Assembly: GCF_006345805.1 (NCBI RefSeq)
Contig: NC_042998.1
Span: 75,702,001-75,766,000, forward strand
DNA length: 64,000 nucleotides
From: Octopus sinensis
Taxonomy: Eukaryota
Direction of reading: 5' to 3'
This document shows, piece by piece, positions 14,009-27,430 of the stretch; within the stretch, counting starts at the first letter, position 1, and each line of letters opens with the position of its first letter. A program made the translations under genes and the position numbers. Below the pieces are notes generated by a model. It worked only from the letters and a program-made list of their open reading frames with translations. It was not told the DNA's origin and made no database searches.

Positions 14009-14811
14009 CAGTATCAGATTTAACTTTTTAAGCACAATGCAACAAATTCATTCATACTTATGTAATGGAGGGGATTAGATGTTTAAATGGATTATAGTTT
14101 CTAGTTTTTATGTTGCTATACAATTTGTTTCATGCAAAAAGACTCAGATATTCATAATAGAAAATCGTAATAGTCATATTTGTACTCGTCGGTATAAAAA
14201 CTAAAAGTGACGTTAGATGTAAATAGAATTTCTATTAGTTAAATTGGATTAATGTATTCGTTCTTGCAGTCATGCCTATTTGAATCAAGACTAAAATATA
14301 TATATAAAATATATATATTCTCTCCATGAATCCCTATATGTGTGTCTATTTAAAACTCCTTAAATGAATTATATTACTGGGCAGACTGTATCTGTATGTA
14401 CGATGAGTAATCCAAATAAGGATGTGAATGAAATTCCAAATACAAATTTTGTTTTTACTTAAACGTAACATCCTTTCGACTTAAGGATATTTTAGAGAAA
14501 GTGGTGTTTAATAGTATTCACTTCCAGGTTTATAAAATTTATGGATCTTATCAATCTAAGTCACAGATTTTTAACTAATTTTTATTAACTAAACAGTTTG
14601 AATCTTCGGATACTGATTGAATATGCCACGTAGAACACGTTTGGGACAAAATGTTGTATTTTAGAAGTTATTTCGTGTTAAAGTTGTCGTATTAGGGTAA
14701 TTTTAACCAATGACTTGTATTCATCTGAAGAAAGTTACTAATGTTTGCGAAAGTAATGGAAGGGCAACAACATCCGGGTCAATGGGCTGTTTTGGACACT
14801 GCATACATATA

Positions 14812-16076
14812 TTAGGTCATCCTTTAAGTTCTGTCCGATTGTATCGTTTTTAAAATTGAATGAAATTTAATAGTATTTTAGAATGTCTTATGGAATTAAA
14901 ATTATTTTTATGCATTTGTGTACATTTAAACTAATTAAATATTATTTTACAGAATATTAGAATTAAAAGTTCTTTGATTAAAACCCTTTCTAACATGGAA
15001 GTATCCAAAGTGCGTTTGAGGTACAATGCTTTATGAGTACAAAAAAAAAGGAAACTCTGCAGCCGAAGCGACACGAAACATACACTCAGTTTATGGGAAA
15101 GAATGCTTGAATGAAAGAATTTGCAGAAGATGGTTTGCAAAATTCAGAAGTGGAGATTTCAGCCTTGAAGATGAAAATCGAACAGTTTGATGATAAGCTC
15201 CTTGAGGCATTACTTGAAGAAAATCCAGCATTATCAGTTGAAGAATTGGCAATAAAGCTTAATTTAAATCATACAACTGTTCATCGTCATCTTCAACAAC
15301 TTGAAAAGGTTCCTAAACTTGGAAAATGGGTGCCTCGTGAATTGTCCGAAAGCAACCGCAAATACCGAATTGACATATGCTCTTCTCTCCATTCTCGCGA
15401 ACTCATTTCACCCTTTTTGGATAGAGCTGTAACTGGTGACGAAAAATGGATCTTCTATCGAAATTTTAAACGTTGTAAACAGTGGCTTGGAAAAAGGGAA
15501 TAAGCTCAACTACAACCGAGAAGGGAACTTCATGGAAAAAAGGTTCTTCTCTCTATCTGGTGGGATTGCAAAGGAGTAATTCACTTTGAATTGTTACCAT
15601 CAATCAATGCTCAAGTCTACTGTCTGCAATTAGAGCGTTTGAACCAAGCTTTGAGGAAAAAAAGACCCGCTTTAGTGAATCGAAAAGGAATGATGTTTAA
15701 TTAGGACAATGCGTGACCCCACACTGCAAAGATCATGTCACAGAAGATCGAAGAGCTTGGTTGGGAAAAAATTCCTCATCCACCTTATTCTCCCGACCTT
15801 GCTACTTCAGACTACCATTTGTCTCGTAATTTACAGAATCATTTGGGGGACATAACTTTCGCAAGCCAGGAGGAGGTCGGAATTGACATTTCAGAGTTGT
15901 TCGCTTTGAAACCAAAAGAGTTTTACATTGATGGAATTAGAAAGCTTGTAAATAGATAGAAGGAAGTCATAGACAATCAGGGAAAGTACATTAATGATTA
16001 AATTTCAAATGAATATAACATTTGATCACTTATTTTCTTTATTCAAAATTCGGACAGAACTTATGGGATGACCTGA
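14812..16076 (+). mobile_element. Full-length mariner (D,D34D) DNA transposon, inactivated
   Basis: TA-flanked ~27-bp TIRs: ttaggtcatcctttaagttctgtccga and reverse complement tcaggtcatcccataagttctgtccga. Length 1265 bp. Confidence 0.95.
14995..16001 (+). pseudogene. mariner transposase pseudogene
   Basis: WVPREL, VTGDEKW, WWDCKG, *DNA, HPPYSPDLATSDY motifs, interrupted by stops (e.g. 15501) and frameshifts. Confidence 0.93.
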
Positions 16077-16641
16077 TATGTACATAAATACGCAGACACA
16101 GGTATACGTATACACACACACACACATATGCATACACACACACACACGAATACATACACACGCACACAAATACATACACGCACATGTAACTTTTAGAACG
16201 CTGAGGAAAGGAAAGGGAGGTGGGTATGAGGAATACATAGCTTTAAGGAGGGAGGGAATTGTGAAGTTGACGACTGTTGTTCATGCTGTCCATCACACAC
16301 ACACACATTCATATGCAAAGCTGATAAAACCCCGAATGGAAGCAAGGAAAAGGAGAGGGTTTACTAAATGAATAAGCAGGGGTAGAAGATTAGTAAGATT
16401 ATATAAACTGTCGTTCAGATCGTCAACACACCTCCACTCTCCCCGTTCTCACTCCCTCCCTTTCTCCACGATTTACTGGAAATAACAGCCAAATCTCTCT
16501 CAATGTCACACGCTAACATTATATAAACAAGAGGACACACTGGATAACATGGAAAAAATACACACGCACACACACACGTATGTATTCCCTATAACAGAAC
16601 TTTCTGTTTTTCTCACCCACCTTTCTTATCTTTTGTACTTT

Positions 16642-16685
<44 letters not shown>

Positions 16686-17279
16686 ATAACCCGATGACCC
16701 AAAAACTGTTGCTCTTCCATTACATTCGCAAACAGCAGTAACTTTCTTCAGCTGAATACACATCATTGATAGGTTAAAATTACCACGATACGACAACTTT
16801 AACACGAAATAACTTCTAGCATACAAAATTTTGTCACAAACGTTAAGAGTACACCGTGTTCTATGTGACACACTCAAAGTTTCAAACTGTTTAGTTAATA
16901 AAAATTGATTTAAAAATTTGCGACTGAAATTGAAAAGGTTCAAAATTATAATTTAAATAATTATTGTAAATAATAGGTCTAATATTCATAGACAAAAATA
17001 AGTGTTATATTTCATAATTAATTATCTACTTAATGTATATAAATACCTATTTTTGTATGAATATAGGCACCTCTTTTTAAATATACGTAAATGGGTGTAT
17101 TTATGTTTATGTGTATGGGTGTATATATGTGTATGCATGTGAATCTATGTATATTTGTATATATATGTATGTGTATATATATATATATATGTTTGTGAAT
17201 ATGAATTCTTATATATGTGTATATATGTGTATATATGTATATGTGTATATATGTGTATCTATATGTATGTGTATGCATA

Positions 17280-17334
<55 letters not shown>

Positions 17335-17338
<4 letters not shown>

Positions 17339-17790
17339 GACAACATAATGGAAACACCATAAAATTTCAAACAAATTTATTTTAATATGGGGTAGGACCG
17401 CCTTTGGCAGTAATTACAGCTTGAATTCTACGAGGTATGGACTCGTACAATGTCTGAATTATTTCCAAAGGAATTTTTGTCCTTTCTTCAGCTAAAACAG
17501 TCTCCAGTTCTTGTAGTGATGATGGTGGAGGATGCCAGAACTGGGTTCTGCAGTCATTTTGGGAGCTGTACTTTTGTGATCCTTTCTAACAATTCGTGTA
17601 AGAGTCCGACGGTCCCTATCTGAAAATTTTTATTTTCTTTCGGAGTTTTTTTTCGAGATTTTTCCCTCTTTTGCAAAGGCTGTCATTACTTTCGGGACAG
17701 TACTTCTTGATACACCAAACATTTCGGCTGTTTTCGTTACACTAACGCCTGCCATATGAGCACCAACAATTTGACCTCTTTGAAAGTCCA
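17335..17790 (-). mobile_element. Internally deleted Tc1-family transposon
   Basis: N-terminal HTH (DFQRGQIVGAHMAGVSVTKTAEMFGVSRSTV) joined near 17530 to the C-terminus (PPSSLQELETVLAEE...LYESIPRRIQAVITAKGGPTPY*). The DDE core is missing. Confidence 0.88.
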
Positions 17791-18710
17791 ATAGAAAGAA
17801 AGAAACAAACAAACAACAAACAAACAAACAAACAAACAAAGACAGAAAGAAAGAGAAAAGAAAAAAGAAAATTTGAAAATGTACTGCGATTCCTTTGGAC
17901 ATTTTGTTTTTTAAATTTTTAATGATTTAACCGGTTTCACAGATTTCTCCGTTGAAATAGGACGCAGAGACATGCCACAGATGTCTTGCTTTTGAGTGGA
18001 GTTTAAAAATGCTCTTGTTCTTATAGGGAGAGAATGTCTCAAATTAGTATCAGTTTTGGATACTATATGACTGGCCAAGAATGATCAAGTGATTGGGTTT
18101 AGAAATTTATGTAAATTCTCCAGTACGTCTATTCATTCATGTCATGTGACAATATGTTGGGCACCGTAAGTTAAAGCTGTCATCGATGAATAAAGGTGTC
18201 TAGTGATAGTCCATAACAATCAAGGTTCTCTGAATTTAATCTGTCAAATGTGATAGAAGATGATCGCGTGATCAGGTTTAAAAAGTTGGGTAGGTTCCCT
18301 GCTACGTCCGTCCGCACACAGGTGGCAATAATTTTTGCGCCGAAAATTAAGGCTGACATAGTTGAATGAACCTTTTTAGTGGCACTCCAAAACAATCAGA
18401 GCATTCTAAATTTAATCTGTCGAGTGGTACAGTGGACAGGGTGGCTGAATGGTTATGATTTATATCTATGTACGTATGTATAACTTTTTATTCGCCACTA
18501 AATTTTTGCGTGAACTTTGGGTTGTTTGTTTATTCAGTTTTGTATTTTTCAGTTTTATTCAGTTTCGTGTTTTTCAGTTTTGTATTATTTTGTATTATTT
18601 TTCAGGTTTGTATTTTTGTATGAAAATATTTTCTTTGTTTATCTGTACTTGGCCTATGGTATTGACCGAACAAAAGTAAGATTTGGAATTTGGGAGGCTT
18701 ATTTTTTGCG

Positions 18711-18949
18711 CATATCAATGTCCTCCAATAAGAACTGGATCTGGCTATTTCCTCTTCGATATTTTTTAAGGACTTTCTCTTGTTACTGCACTGTCGATTT
18801 CATAATGTTTTGCTTCAACATATTTGCAGTATAGCTCTTCTAAGTAGTCTGCACGTTCAGATTTTTCGTTGAATTTATCAATCCTTTCCCATAGTAACTT
18901 TCCACTTGTTCTGTTGATGGGATTTTTTTTGCTATTTTGTGCTAATTTT
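18711..18949 (-). repeat. Inverted copy of 20467-20705
   Basis: About 239 bp with ~7 mismatches by eye versus the reverse complement of 20467-20705. Confidence 0.95.
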
Positions 18950-20460
18950 GTCCACACAGTGGAATCTGTCTAGTGCTGGGGTCTTGTATTTATTGATGTT
19001 AGTCTATTTCTGAAAGAGAATTTGTTTGATCTATGCAATTTTCGTTATATTCTTTACACTTAAGAACATATATTATTTTTTCTGACAAACAGATACAATG
19101 ATTTTTTATGGTAAAAATCTAACCTGATTTAAATTTATATTTTTGTCTTCGATGTTCATGCAAATCCCACAATTAGGGCGTCCACACTTTTTAGCTGTTG
19201 GTATGTGGTTTGTGGAGTGTAATTTAGCGCAGGTGGGCGATTTTTAGGTATTTTAATTGACTTTTGCTTTTGATTATTTCGTGTATTTCGAATGCTTATT
19301 TCATTCTTGTCTCAGTAGTGGAATGTTCTGGTGGATAATGTTGTAAACCTTTGTGTCTTTTACGCTGTGTGTTGTAATAAACGGTAGAGTATTGGGTGTG
19401 TCTGATGTGCTTTTGTTTTTCGTAATTCTTTAATACATTTACTTTGGCACGCTCTATTCCGTTGTCTGTTATCATTGATGTATATTTTCTTTCAAGTAGT
19501 ATTTGTTTTATTTCCTAAAGTCTTTTATTACGAGTGTCAATGTCTGAAACAATTGTGCAGATTCATTTTGTTATAATAAATAGAATATTAGTCTTCGTGT
19601 GTTTGATATGGCATAAACAGAACAGAAGGTATTGTTTGGCATCTGCTGGTTTGTAATGAATGTCTTCTCCAATGTCTTTATCTGTTTTGATGATTAGAAT
19701 GTCCTGGAAATTAATAAGCTGGTCATATGTGTGCGCGTACAGTATCAGGCAGTCATCTAAGTAATGTTTCCACTTTCATAGTAAATACATATGGAAGTTC
19801 AAACCATATTTTACTTTAGATACTTCATATATCTGGACCTCCGTGTGTGCCATGACTGAATTGGTATAAGTCGAAGCGACTTTCGTACCCATCACAGTTC
19901 CAGATATTTATTTGTAAATATTACCTTAAAGTTTTAAAAAATTGTTTCGAGGATGAATTTTAATCCTTCACTGAATAAACTTTTTTCAGTTGTGTCTGGA
20001 GTTTCATGGAGGAATTTGGGGACCTATAAACTTATTGCCTCTATTCTATATTGCTACGAAATCGTAGTATAGAGGTTTACTACGTCAAATGATACAATAA
20101 AGGCATCTTTGTTAACGGGTTTACAGAGGTGGTTTAATAGGTCCAGATCGTCCCTTACAAGACTCGGTATATATTTTAAAATAGGTTTCAGTAATATATC
20201 TAAAAAAGACTTGCTTTGTCCTTGTGTTTCATATTTCGGACCTGCTGCAAATGATCCAAATTTGTTAAATTCTTTACAGGCATCCTTAATGGTTTGATTC
20301 TTATGAATTGTGTGGATGCCGTAGAATTAGCTAGTTTTTCATTCAAAATAAGTTAAGTAGTCAGGTTCTTTGTTTGTTAAACTATTTTGGTGTCGGTAAA
20401 TGAGTGTATTCAGTTATGCGATCGTCTTTGATTTTTGGTAATTGTTTGCCTTTTCGTCGT
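18950..20460 (-). mobile_element. Penelope-like element relic (RT + GIY-YIG), truncated at both ends
   Basis: Minus strand: FYGIHTIHK, IVSFDVVNLYT, GTVMGTKVASTY, WKHYLDDCLI, KCGRPNCGIC, CLSEKIIYVLKC...IDQT. Confidence 0.88.
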
Positions 20461-20466
20461 CTGAAA

Positions 20467-21125
20467 AAAATTAGCACAAAATAGCAAAAAAAATCCCATC
20501 AACAGAACAAGTGGAAAGTTACTATGGGAAAGGAATGATAAATTCAACGAAAAATCTGAATGTGCAGACTACTTAGAAGAGCTATACTGCAAATATGTTG
20601 AACCAAAACATTATGAAATCGACAGTGCAGTAACAAGAAAAAGTCCTTAAAAGATATCAAAGAGGAAATAGCCAGATCCAGTTCTTATTGGAGGACATTG
20701 GTATGGAAGCGTACAAGAGCACATTAAACGTAGCTACATGGTTATCAACAACCATCACCGTTCTCGTTCTTCAAAATAGCCAAACCACCGGAACTAAAAA
20801 TTACCGCACAATAGCCTGCTAAGTTATGTATAAGATATGCACCGGCTGCCTCATCCTGTTTCTATGGGATCATAGTACTACCAACAATATTGTAACATCT
20901 GAACGAGCTAGAGAAAAGAAGAGAGTATTGGGGTGAATCAATCGCCTGTTAATACACAAAATAATATAAGAAATAACAATAAAGAACTGTAAAAGCTTGG
21001 TTAGGCTATCAAAAAGCCTTTGATAGTATGCCACATTGGTAGATTGTCATAGTACTGCAATTAGGTAATGTACTACCACCAACACTAGCTGCCATTCTCC
21101 ACCCAACTAAAAGCTGGAACACTGT
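20467..21125 (+). mobile_element. R4/Dong-type LINE RT fragment
   Basis: Decayed motifs KNYRTIAC...MYKICTGCL, NNIVTSE, YQKAFDSMPHW. Confidence 0.75.
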
Positions 21126-22054
21126 TTGGAGAAATTACTGAATTTGGGTTCTTAGGGAGGGAATGCGACTTTTTAATTCACACGCTGCACTTCAAAATAT
21201 CTAGGACAGTGAAAATTTGCTAGAACTTCTTAAGATTTCAAGCACGATTAACAAAACGAGTTCTTGCAAAATCTTGCTACTAATCAAGTGGCTGGTTAAA
21301 ATTAACTCATATTAAAAAGTGGAAAAGAATATATATATAGGATGAAAATGGAAGAGGCAATCAGGTGGGTATATAGAATGAGAGAGTGAGAGAGAGGGAA
21401 ATCCAATCATATGAAAAATCAATTCTGGTGAATATGTTTCCTACTTTCCTGGCTATATTTACATAATATCAAGCTTAAAGCCGTTACGAAACTGTACTCC
21501 TCCAAACCACTACCTAATGTTGACGACGCTATTTCTACAGATCTCATCTCGATATGAAGAAAAAAACATTCATTGTGCGAATGGCCTGTAAATTCGAACA
21601 CATACAATAGTAAATGTTTTACTTTAACCTTTTCTTTTGACTAAAATTTATGAAACATACAAATGTGTTGTCTGAATTAATTAGAAAAGAATTATACAGT
21701 AGGAAAGGTAAGGTTTTAAAACATTTCACTGATGAATTAGACAAAAAATTATTTTGACAGATTCACTTTCATAGATAATATGCACAAAGCTGAAATAAGT
21801 AAATAAAAAATATAAATATAACCATGAAAGTAAAACTGAAATACTTTGAATTTAAAACATAATATTAGATATTTGCAGTCCAAATCAATTTTCAGTTCTT
21901 TCCATTGTTAAAACTTCTTGAACGAACATCAAATCAAACATGTCTTTACTAATTAGCTTTATTGTCAAGAACGCATGTTATATATATATGCAAGCATACA
22001 TGTATGTACGTACGTATGTATGCATTATGTATTTATGCGTAAATACACACATAC

Positions 22055-22116
<62 letters not shown>

Positions 22117-23097
22117 TGTGTGTGTGTGTGTGTGTGTATATGCCTAAATACATACATATGCATGCATTCATGTATGTATGTGTGTATGTATGTATATGTG
22201 TATGTATGTATATTATTCAAACTGTTTCGCATACGCGTATGCGTGTGTGTGTAGGTATGTACATATAGAATGGCCGTACTAAACATCCCATAAGCGCAAA
22301 TACATGCATCGGAGATGGTGTCTTCATTCAGTGAAAATGAAAACTTCCGCCGTCGTAATGTTTAAACTCACAGATCATGGTCATAGATGTATGGGATTTT
22401 CTTTGTTTGGTGTTTCTTTTTTTCTTAATTGAAATCTTTGTCAGTTTAAAAGTTCTGTATTATGTCCGTATTGGATGGTAATTTAGAATTAGAATCTACA
22501 GTTAATAAGTTAATATCTGTCAGTGCTGCAGAAAACAGAGTGGATGTGAATATACAGATTTATTTAACACCTTTGCTTTAAACTTATAACAAGTTGCCGC
22601 AAAGAGGTAAACCAAAGAAATGCTTCTGTGACTCCATCAAAAAAATCATGTCTTTATTTAACATTCACCCTAACAACTAGAAATGTATAGATTAAGACCT
22701 TATGAAGTAAGAGTAAATTTTTTGAGAAAATGCCGTTGCTGCAGTTCAAATTCGACATCAACAATTTGGGGGAAAAGAATCAAAAGATACGAAAGAGCTG
22801 AACAACAGCTTTTGAGACAAACGGCATTTCTGCAGTTTCAGTGATCAAACTAAAGAGAAAAAGCAATGAGCGGTAAGAAGGAAAGGGTGAAGTAATTATT
22901 TTAAGGTGAATGCTTGGTAGTTGGTCTGAATTTGATAACCATTGGGAAAGTTTGGAATTTAAGGAAACAGAGACGATTTATTTGAGGGTTATAAGTTTAG
23001 TAATTGGATCCACATAATTATTTTGTACCTATCTCTATAATTCTTAACGTTAAGATGTGGAGTAAGAAACAATAATATTAATATTTATAATTCTAAA

Positions 23098-23255
23098 GTG
23101 GTCAGCTAGCAGAATCCTTAGCACGACAGATAAAATGATCAGCGGCATTTCAGCCGTCTTTACGATTTAGGTTCAAATTCTGCCGAGGCCTATTTTGCTC
23201 TTCATCCATATGAGGTCGATTCAATTGACTTAACCCCATCCCCGAAATTGCTGAA
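23098..23255 (+). mobile_element. Degenerate SINE family A copy
   Basis: agctagcagaatccttagcacg...ggttcaaattctgccgagg...ttcatccatatgaggtcgat. Confidence 0.75.
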
Positions 23256-23259
23256 CTAA

Positions 23260-25420
23260 TTATAAACACGCACATAGAAATGCACTCAATGATATTAATT
23301 ATATACATTATAAGCTTATCGCAGATCTGAAATTTTTAAACAGAACTGAACAATATGAACTCAAAACTCCTCATTTTACCCTGAAAGACCACAAGCCTAA
23401 TTTCCTCTCCAAACCCTCCATCCGACTCATCTGTGCCACAAAGTTAGATTTGGGCAAAATTAGTAAATGTATAATAGATCATACTGTTCCTCATGTTAGA
23501 GCTAATGTTGTGCTCCCTCTTTGGAACTCAACTAGCGATGTCATTACTTGGTTTCAGTCACTCAAGGATAAAAACCGTATTAATTTTATTCAATTTGATG
23601 TATCTAACTACTATGCATCGATATCCTCGGTTCTCTTAAATAAAGCATTGATTTTTGCTCGAAACTATGCAAATATCCCACGATCTGACACGGATATAAT
23701 TCTGACAGTTATTTCAAGGATAATAACTGAACTTGGAATACTTCTATTGACTATTTTGATATAAGAATGAGTTCTTCTGACTCAGCCTAAGTTACGGACC
23801 TCGTAGGTATGTTCCTTCTCCCGCAGATCAAGCTGTACTTCTCTAATATAACTGGTGGACTCTACAGGGACGATGCACTCCTTGCCACTAGAGGAATATC
23901 TCGACCAGCGGTTGAACGAACAAAGAAATATTAAAAAACATTTTTGAAAATTACAATCTTGGTATCTCTTTTGAAACAAATACCGAAGTAATTTTTTTGG
24001 ATCTTACACTCAGTTTAAATATAAATTTATACTAACCATTTCACAACCCTAACCAAACTTTGCAGTATATAAACGTCATTTCAAAGCATCCTAGAATAAC
24101 CCTTGACAGCGTAATTACAGGCATTTCAATAAGAATCTCTAATTTATCATCTAATGAGGAAATACTTAATACTCACGCTCCTTACTATAATCATGCTCTA
24201 CCATTAAGCGGATTCCGACAAAAAGATATTCTATGTAAGCCATACTAAACTGAAAACCAAAATAGCAATCTCTTCCACGAAATTAATCTTTGCTTTATAA
24301 GCACGGCCTCCGTTTCCAATCAACCAAACATACCCATAAAATCACACCATGAGCTACTCAGAATTTATAGTAATTATAGATCTCCCCTTCAAGACGAATC
24401 CAATGTAGCAGCATATTATAAGACTAGAAAACGAGAAATCCTATGGTATGCACCGCACTTTTCTTTACAGGTTCTGAAATCGAATTTTCCGCAGCATCAC
24501 AGATACAACTTTATCTTTACCAAATCGTCAGTCAAATTATCTTGCTCCACCACAGCACATCAAATTTAGGAAATATAATAGGCTATATTAATAGATATAG
24601 AATTCAGCTTTAGATTAATACACACCAGGAACCTTTCACAGCACCCCATATTAGTCCAAAAAATAACAACACGAATAATATAAATGGTGAAACAATAAAG
24701 AAAACCTGTAATTGTCGCGTACCTAATGCTTGCCTGGTTGGGGGCTTCCGTCTGCGTAATAATGTAGTTTATAAATGTCTTGTTGAAACACCAAGTAAAC
24801 ACCAAGCAAGGACCTATATAGGTAGTACCATTGATTTTAAACGGCGATATTGAGCTTGTTTAAATTCTTTAACTAAGATAAAATACAAATTCTCGACATC
24901 ATTGACCACATACATACATAATCTTAAATCACAAAACATACAATATACACTGGCTTGGTCCATTATAAAAGAAGCTTCTCCTTACAATACAAAGATAGGC
25001 AAGTGCAAGTTATGCTTAAAAGAGCCATTAATTATTCTCTGTCAACACAACTCCTCGATATTAAATAAATTTGCAAACATAGGCTTTAATCAACATAGGT
25101 TTTACTCAAAAACACTTCCACTCCCTGGTCTTCTGCATATAGCTCTATAAAAACACCAGTAGGTAATTCCCATTAGAAAAATAAAGCAGTTCATGTGAGA
25201 CTTTTTAGAAACTTATTTTCCCTGATGAAGGAGGTGGTGTCCTATAATGGATGTAAATATCTTTTATATGACAGGACAACCGAAGCCCCACAAACAGCCG
25301 TAGGATTATTAACTGGATTAGTAATAACGAAATTTTTTATCTTATAGACTCTTAACTCTTTTAATGACTTCGTTTTATAATCTGTAAGTTGACCGATATA
25401 TGTATTTATTTTTCAATGTA
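23260..25420 (+). mobile_element. Penelope-like element (RT + GIY-YIG + 3' pLTR), decayed; second clade, possibly Naiad/Nematis-like
   Basis: FTLKDHKPNF...LGKISKCIID, FIQFDVSNYYASIS, GGLYRDDAL, ILWYAPHFS, CNCRVPNAC...NVVYKC...YIGSTIDFKRRY, WSII...PY...CKLCLKE. A hammerhead relic follows the ORF. Confidence 0.9.
25219..25305 (+). ncRNA. Degenerate hammerhead motif in PLE pLTR
   Basis: TCC-CTGATGA-[long stem II incl. gtcct/aggac]-cAAA-C agcc G-TA-GGA. GAAA is mutated to CAAA. Confidence 0.6.
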
Positions 25421-25504
25421 ATTTTAAAATATATATCTATATATTTATGTATATTTATATGTATATTTTTAATGTATTGATTACTCTATATATTTTTATA
25501 TTTC

Positions 25505-26640
25505 TAGAGTCGGTGGAAAGCTACTTCAATGGATTAGGTATTTCCTAACAAACAGAACCCAGCATATTGTGGTTGATGGCATCCACTCAAGACCAGCAAA
25601 AGTCATCAGCGGAGTCCCGCAGGGTACTGTGCTGGGTCCACTTCTTTTTATTGTCTACATCAATGATATTGAAGATTCCCTTGAGCATAGCACCATTAAA
25701 ATATTTTCAGATGACTCTCAGATTCAGGAAGTCATTAAGGGAGCATATGATCGAATGGTGCTTCAATCGGACTTACGCACAGTAACCCAGTGGGTACAAC
25801 AAAAAACAATATGCAGTTGAACGAAGAAAAATTTGAGCTCATCCGCTTTGGAAAAGAAGGCACACCAAACAACCGTATAAATTAATGTCGGGAGACCTAC
25901 TTGAACAGTCGGATAATATCAGAGGCTTAGCTGGAGTATGCACATCAACAAAAAAGTCGATGTTGCCCGCAGAATGCGCTCATGGATTCTCAAAACTTTT
26001 CGATCTAGAGATCATGAAGCCATCATCCTTCTCTTTTCCACATTCGTTAGGCTCCCCCTCGCATACTGCTGCACATTGTGGTCCCCCTACATAAAACAAG
26101 ACATAATAAGGATCGAAGCCCTACAAAGATCAATCACTAAAAAAATAATTGGTATCATGTGACTTTGTTATTGGGCTCGACATAAACAGCTGAAAATCTA
26201 TTCTCTGCAACGCCGCTGTGAGCGATACATTATTTGCACCATGTGGGAAATATTCCACCAATATTATCCAAATAATAGCGGTATTATTTTTACAATTCAC
26301 CCAAGACTAGGCCCCCGTGCAATGCATCCCCTACAAAGGCCGAGATCATATCATTGCGACACAATTTCTTCACTGCAAATGGTTCTGCTCTTTTCAGTGT
26401 TATCCCGAAAGAAATTAAAGTAGAAAAATACCTCACAACTTCCAAATGGTACCTGGACAAATTCCTCTAGGAAAGACTGAATAAACCACCTACACCTGGA
26501 TATGTCTCAACTAACATCAACTATCTGCTTGACTGGCCCATTGTATCTCGAAATAATTAACTAAAAGACTTTTCCAGGTGGTGTTATTGGGCTAGTTATG
26601 GCCTGTGCCAATAATGACCGAAATCAATCTAAAACAAAAA
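25505..26640 (+). mobile_element. 5'-truncated CR1/L2-group LINE (RT C-terminal half + 3' end)
   Basis: LLQWIRYFLTNRTQ, SGVPQGTVLGPLLFIVYIND, FSDD, LAYCCTLWSPY, IEALQRSITK. Confidence 0.92.
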
Positions 26641-27219
26641 GTTATCTAAGTTATATATTTTTGATATGCTTGATATATTAACAATGCTTTCGGAGACATT
26701 CCTGCATGTTGGGTCTAGAGTTGAATAAATATAAATGTATATGTGAACTTGATTTCCCTAACTTTGATTCTTCTACATTATTCTAACGCCTCGGGTTTAA
26801 TATCCTGTACACTTTGAAGTCTATGCATTTGAGGAAATATTGTTCTTTATAATCCTATATATGTGTGTCTGTGTGTGTGCATGTATGCATGCATTTATGT
26901 GTGTATATATGTATGTATGTATTATATATATACAGAGAACGTGAGAGGATAAGGAGAGAGAGAGAACGTGTATAAGTGTATGTATGTGTATGGTTAGAAT
27001 GCCTACTATCCGTAATACATACAAAGACTTATTTATTTGGCTATTTAGTATCATTTTCTACTTATTTATGCACTATTTTTCTGCATGCTTGCGTACACAT
27101 TTATCTATATCCCAGTGTGTTAGATAGCCCGGTATTTACAGGTCCCTGTGCATATGAGTATGTACAAATATCTATGCATGTATGTATGTGTATGTATGCC
27201 TGTGCAAACACGTGTAAAT

Positions 27220-27430
27220 ACTAAGTCCAGCAAGTAATAAAGTGATGGAAAAACCCGCTGTGTTGAAGTAGGTGACGTCATGTAGGCCTGCTGTACGCAG
27301 CAGTGTACTCCAAATGTGTTCTGGAAAGCGGTCGGCAAGGCGACGGCCTGTTTCTCCAATACAGCATCACATTTCTCAAATGATACAAGTCTTGGTGACG
27401 CTGACCACCCCCAGTCTCTGTGAATTCTGT
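27220..27430 (-). mobile_element. Penelope GIY-YIG endonuclease fragment
   Basis: Minus-strand frame reads IGETGRRLADRFPEHIWS...YFNTAG, matching the YIGETxRxLxxRFxEH...HFN pattern. Confidence 0.75.

Noticed and set aside
24840-24860. In-frame TGA in the PLE GIY-YIG domain as possible selenocysteine
   Set aside because: The element has many other stops and frameshifts and the codon is not at an evident Cys position; decay explains it.
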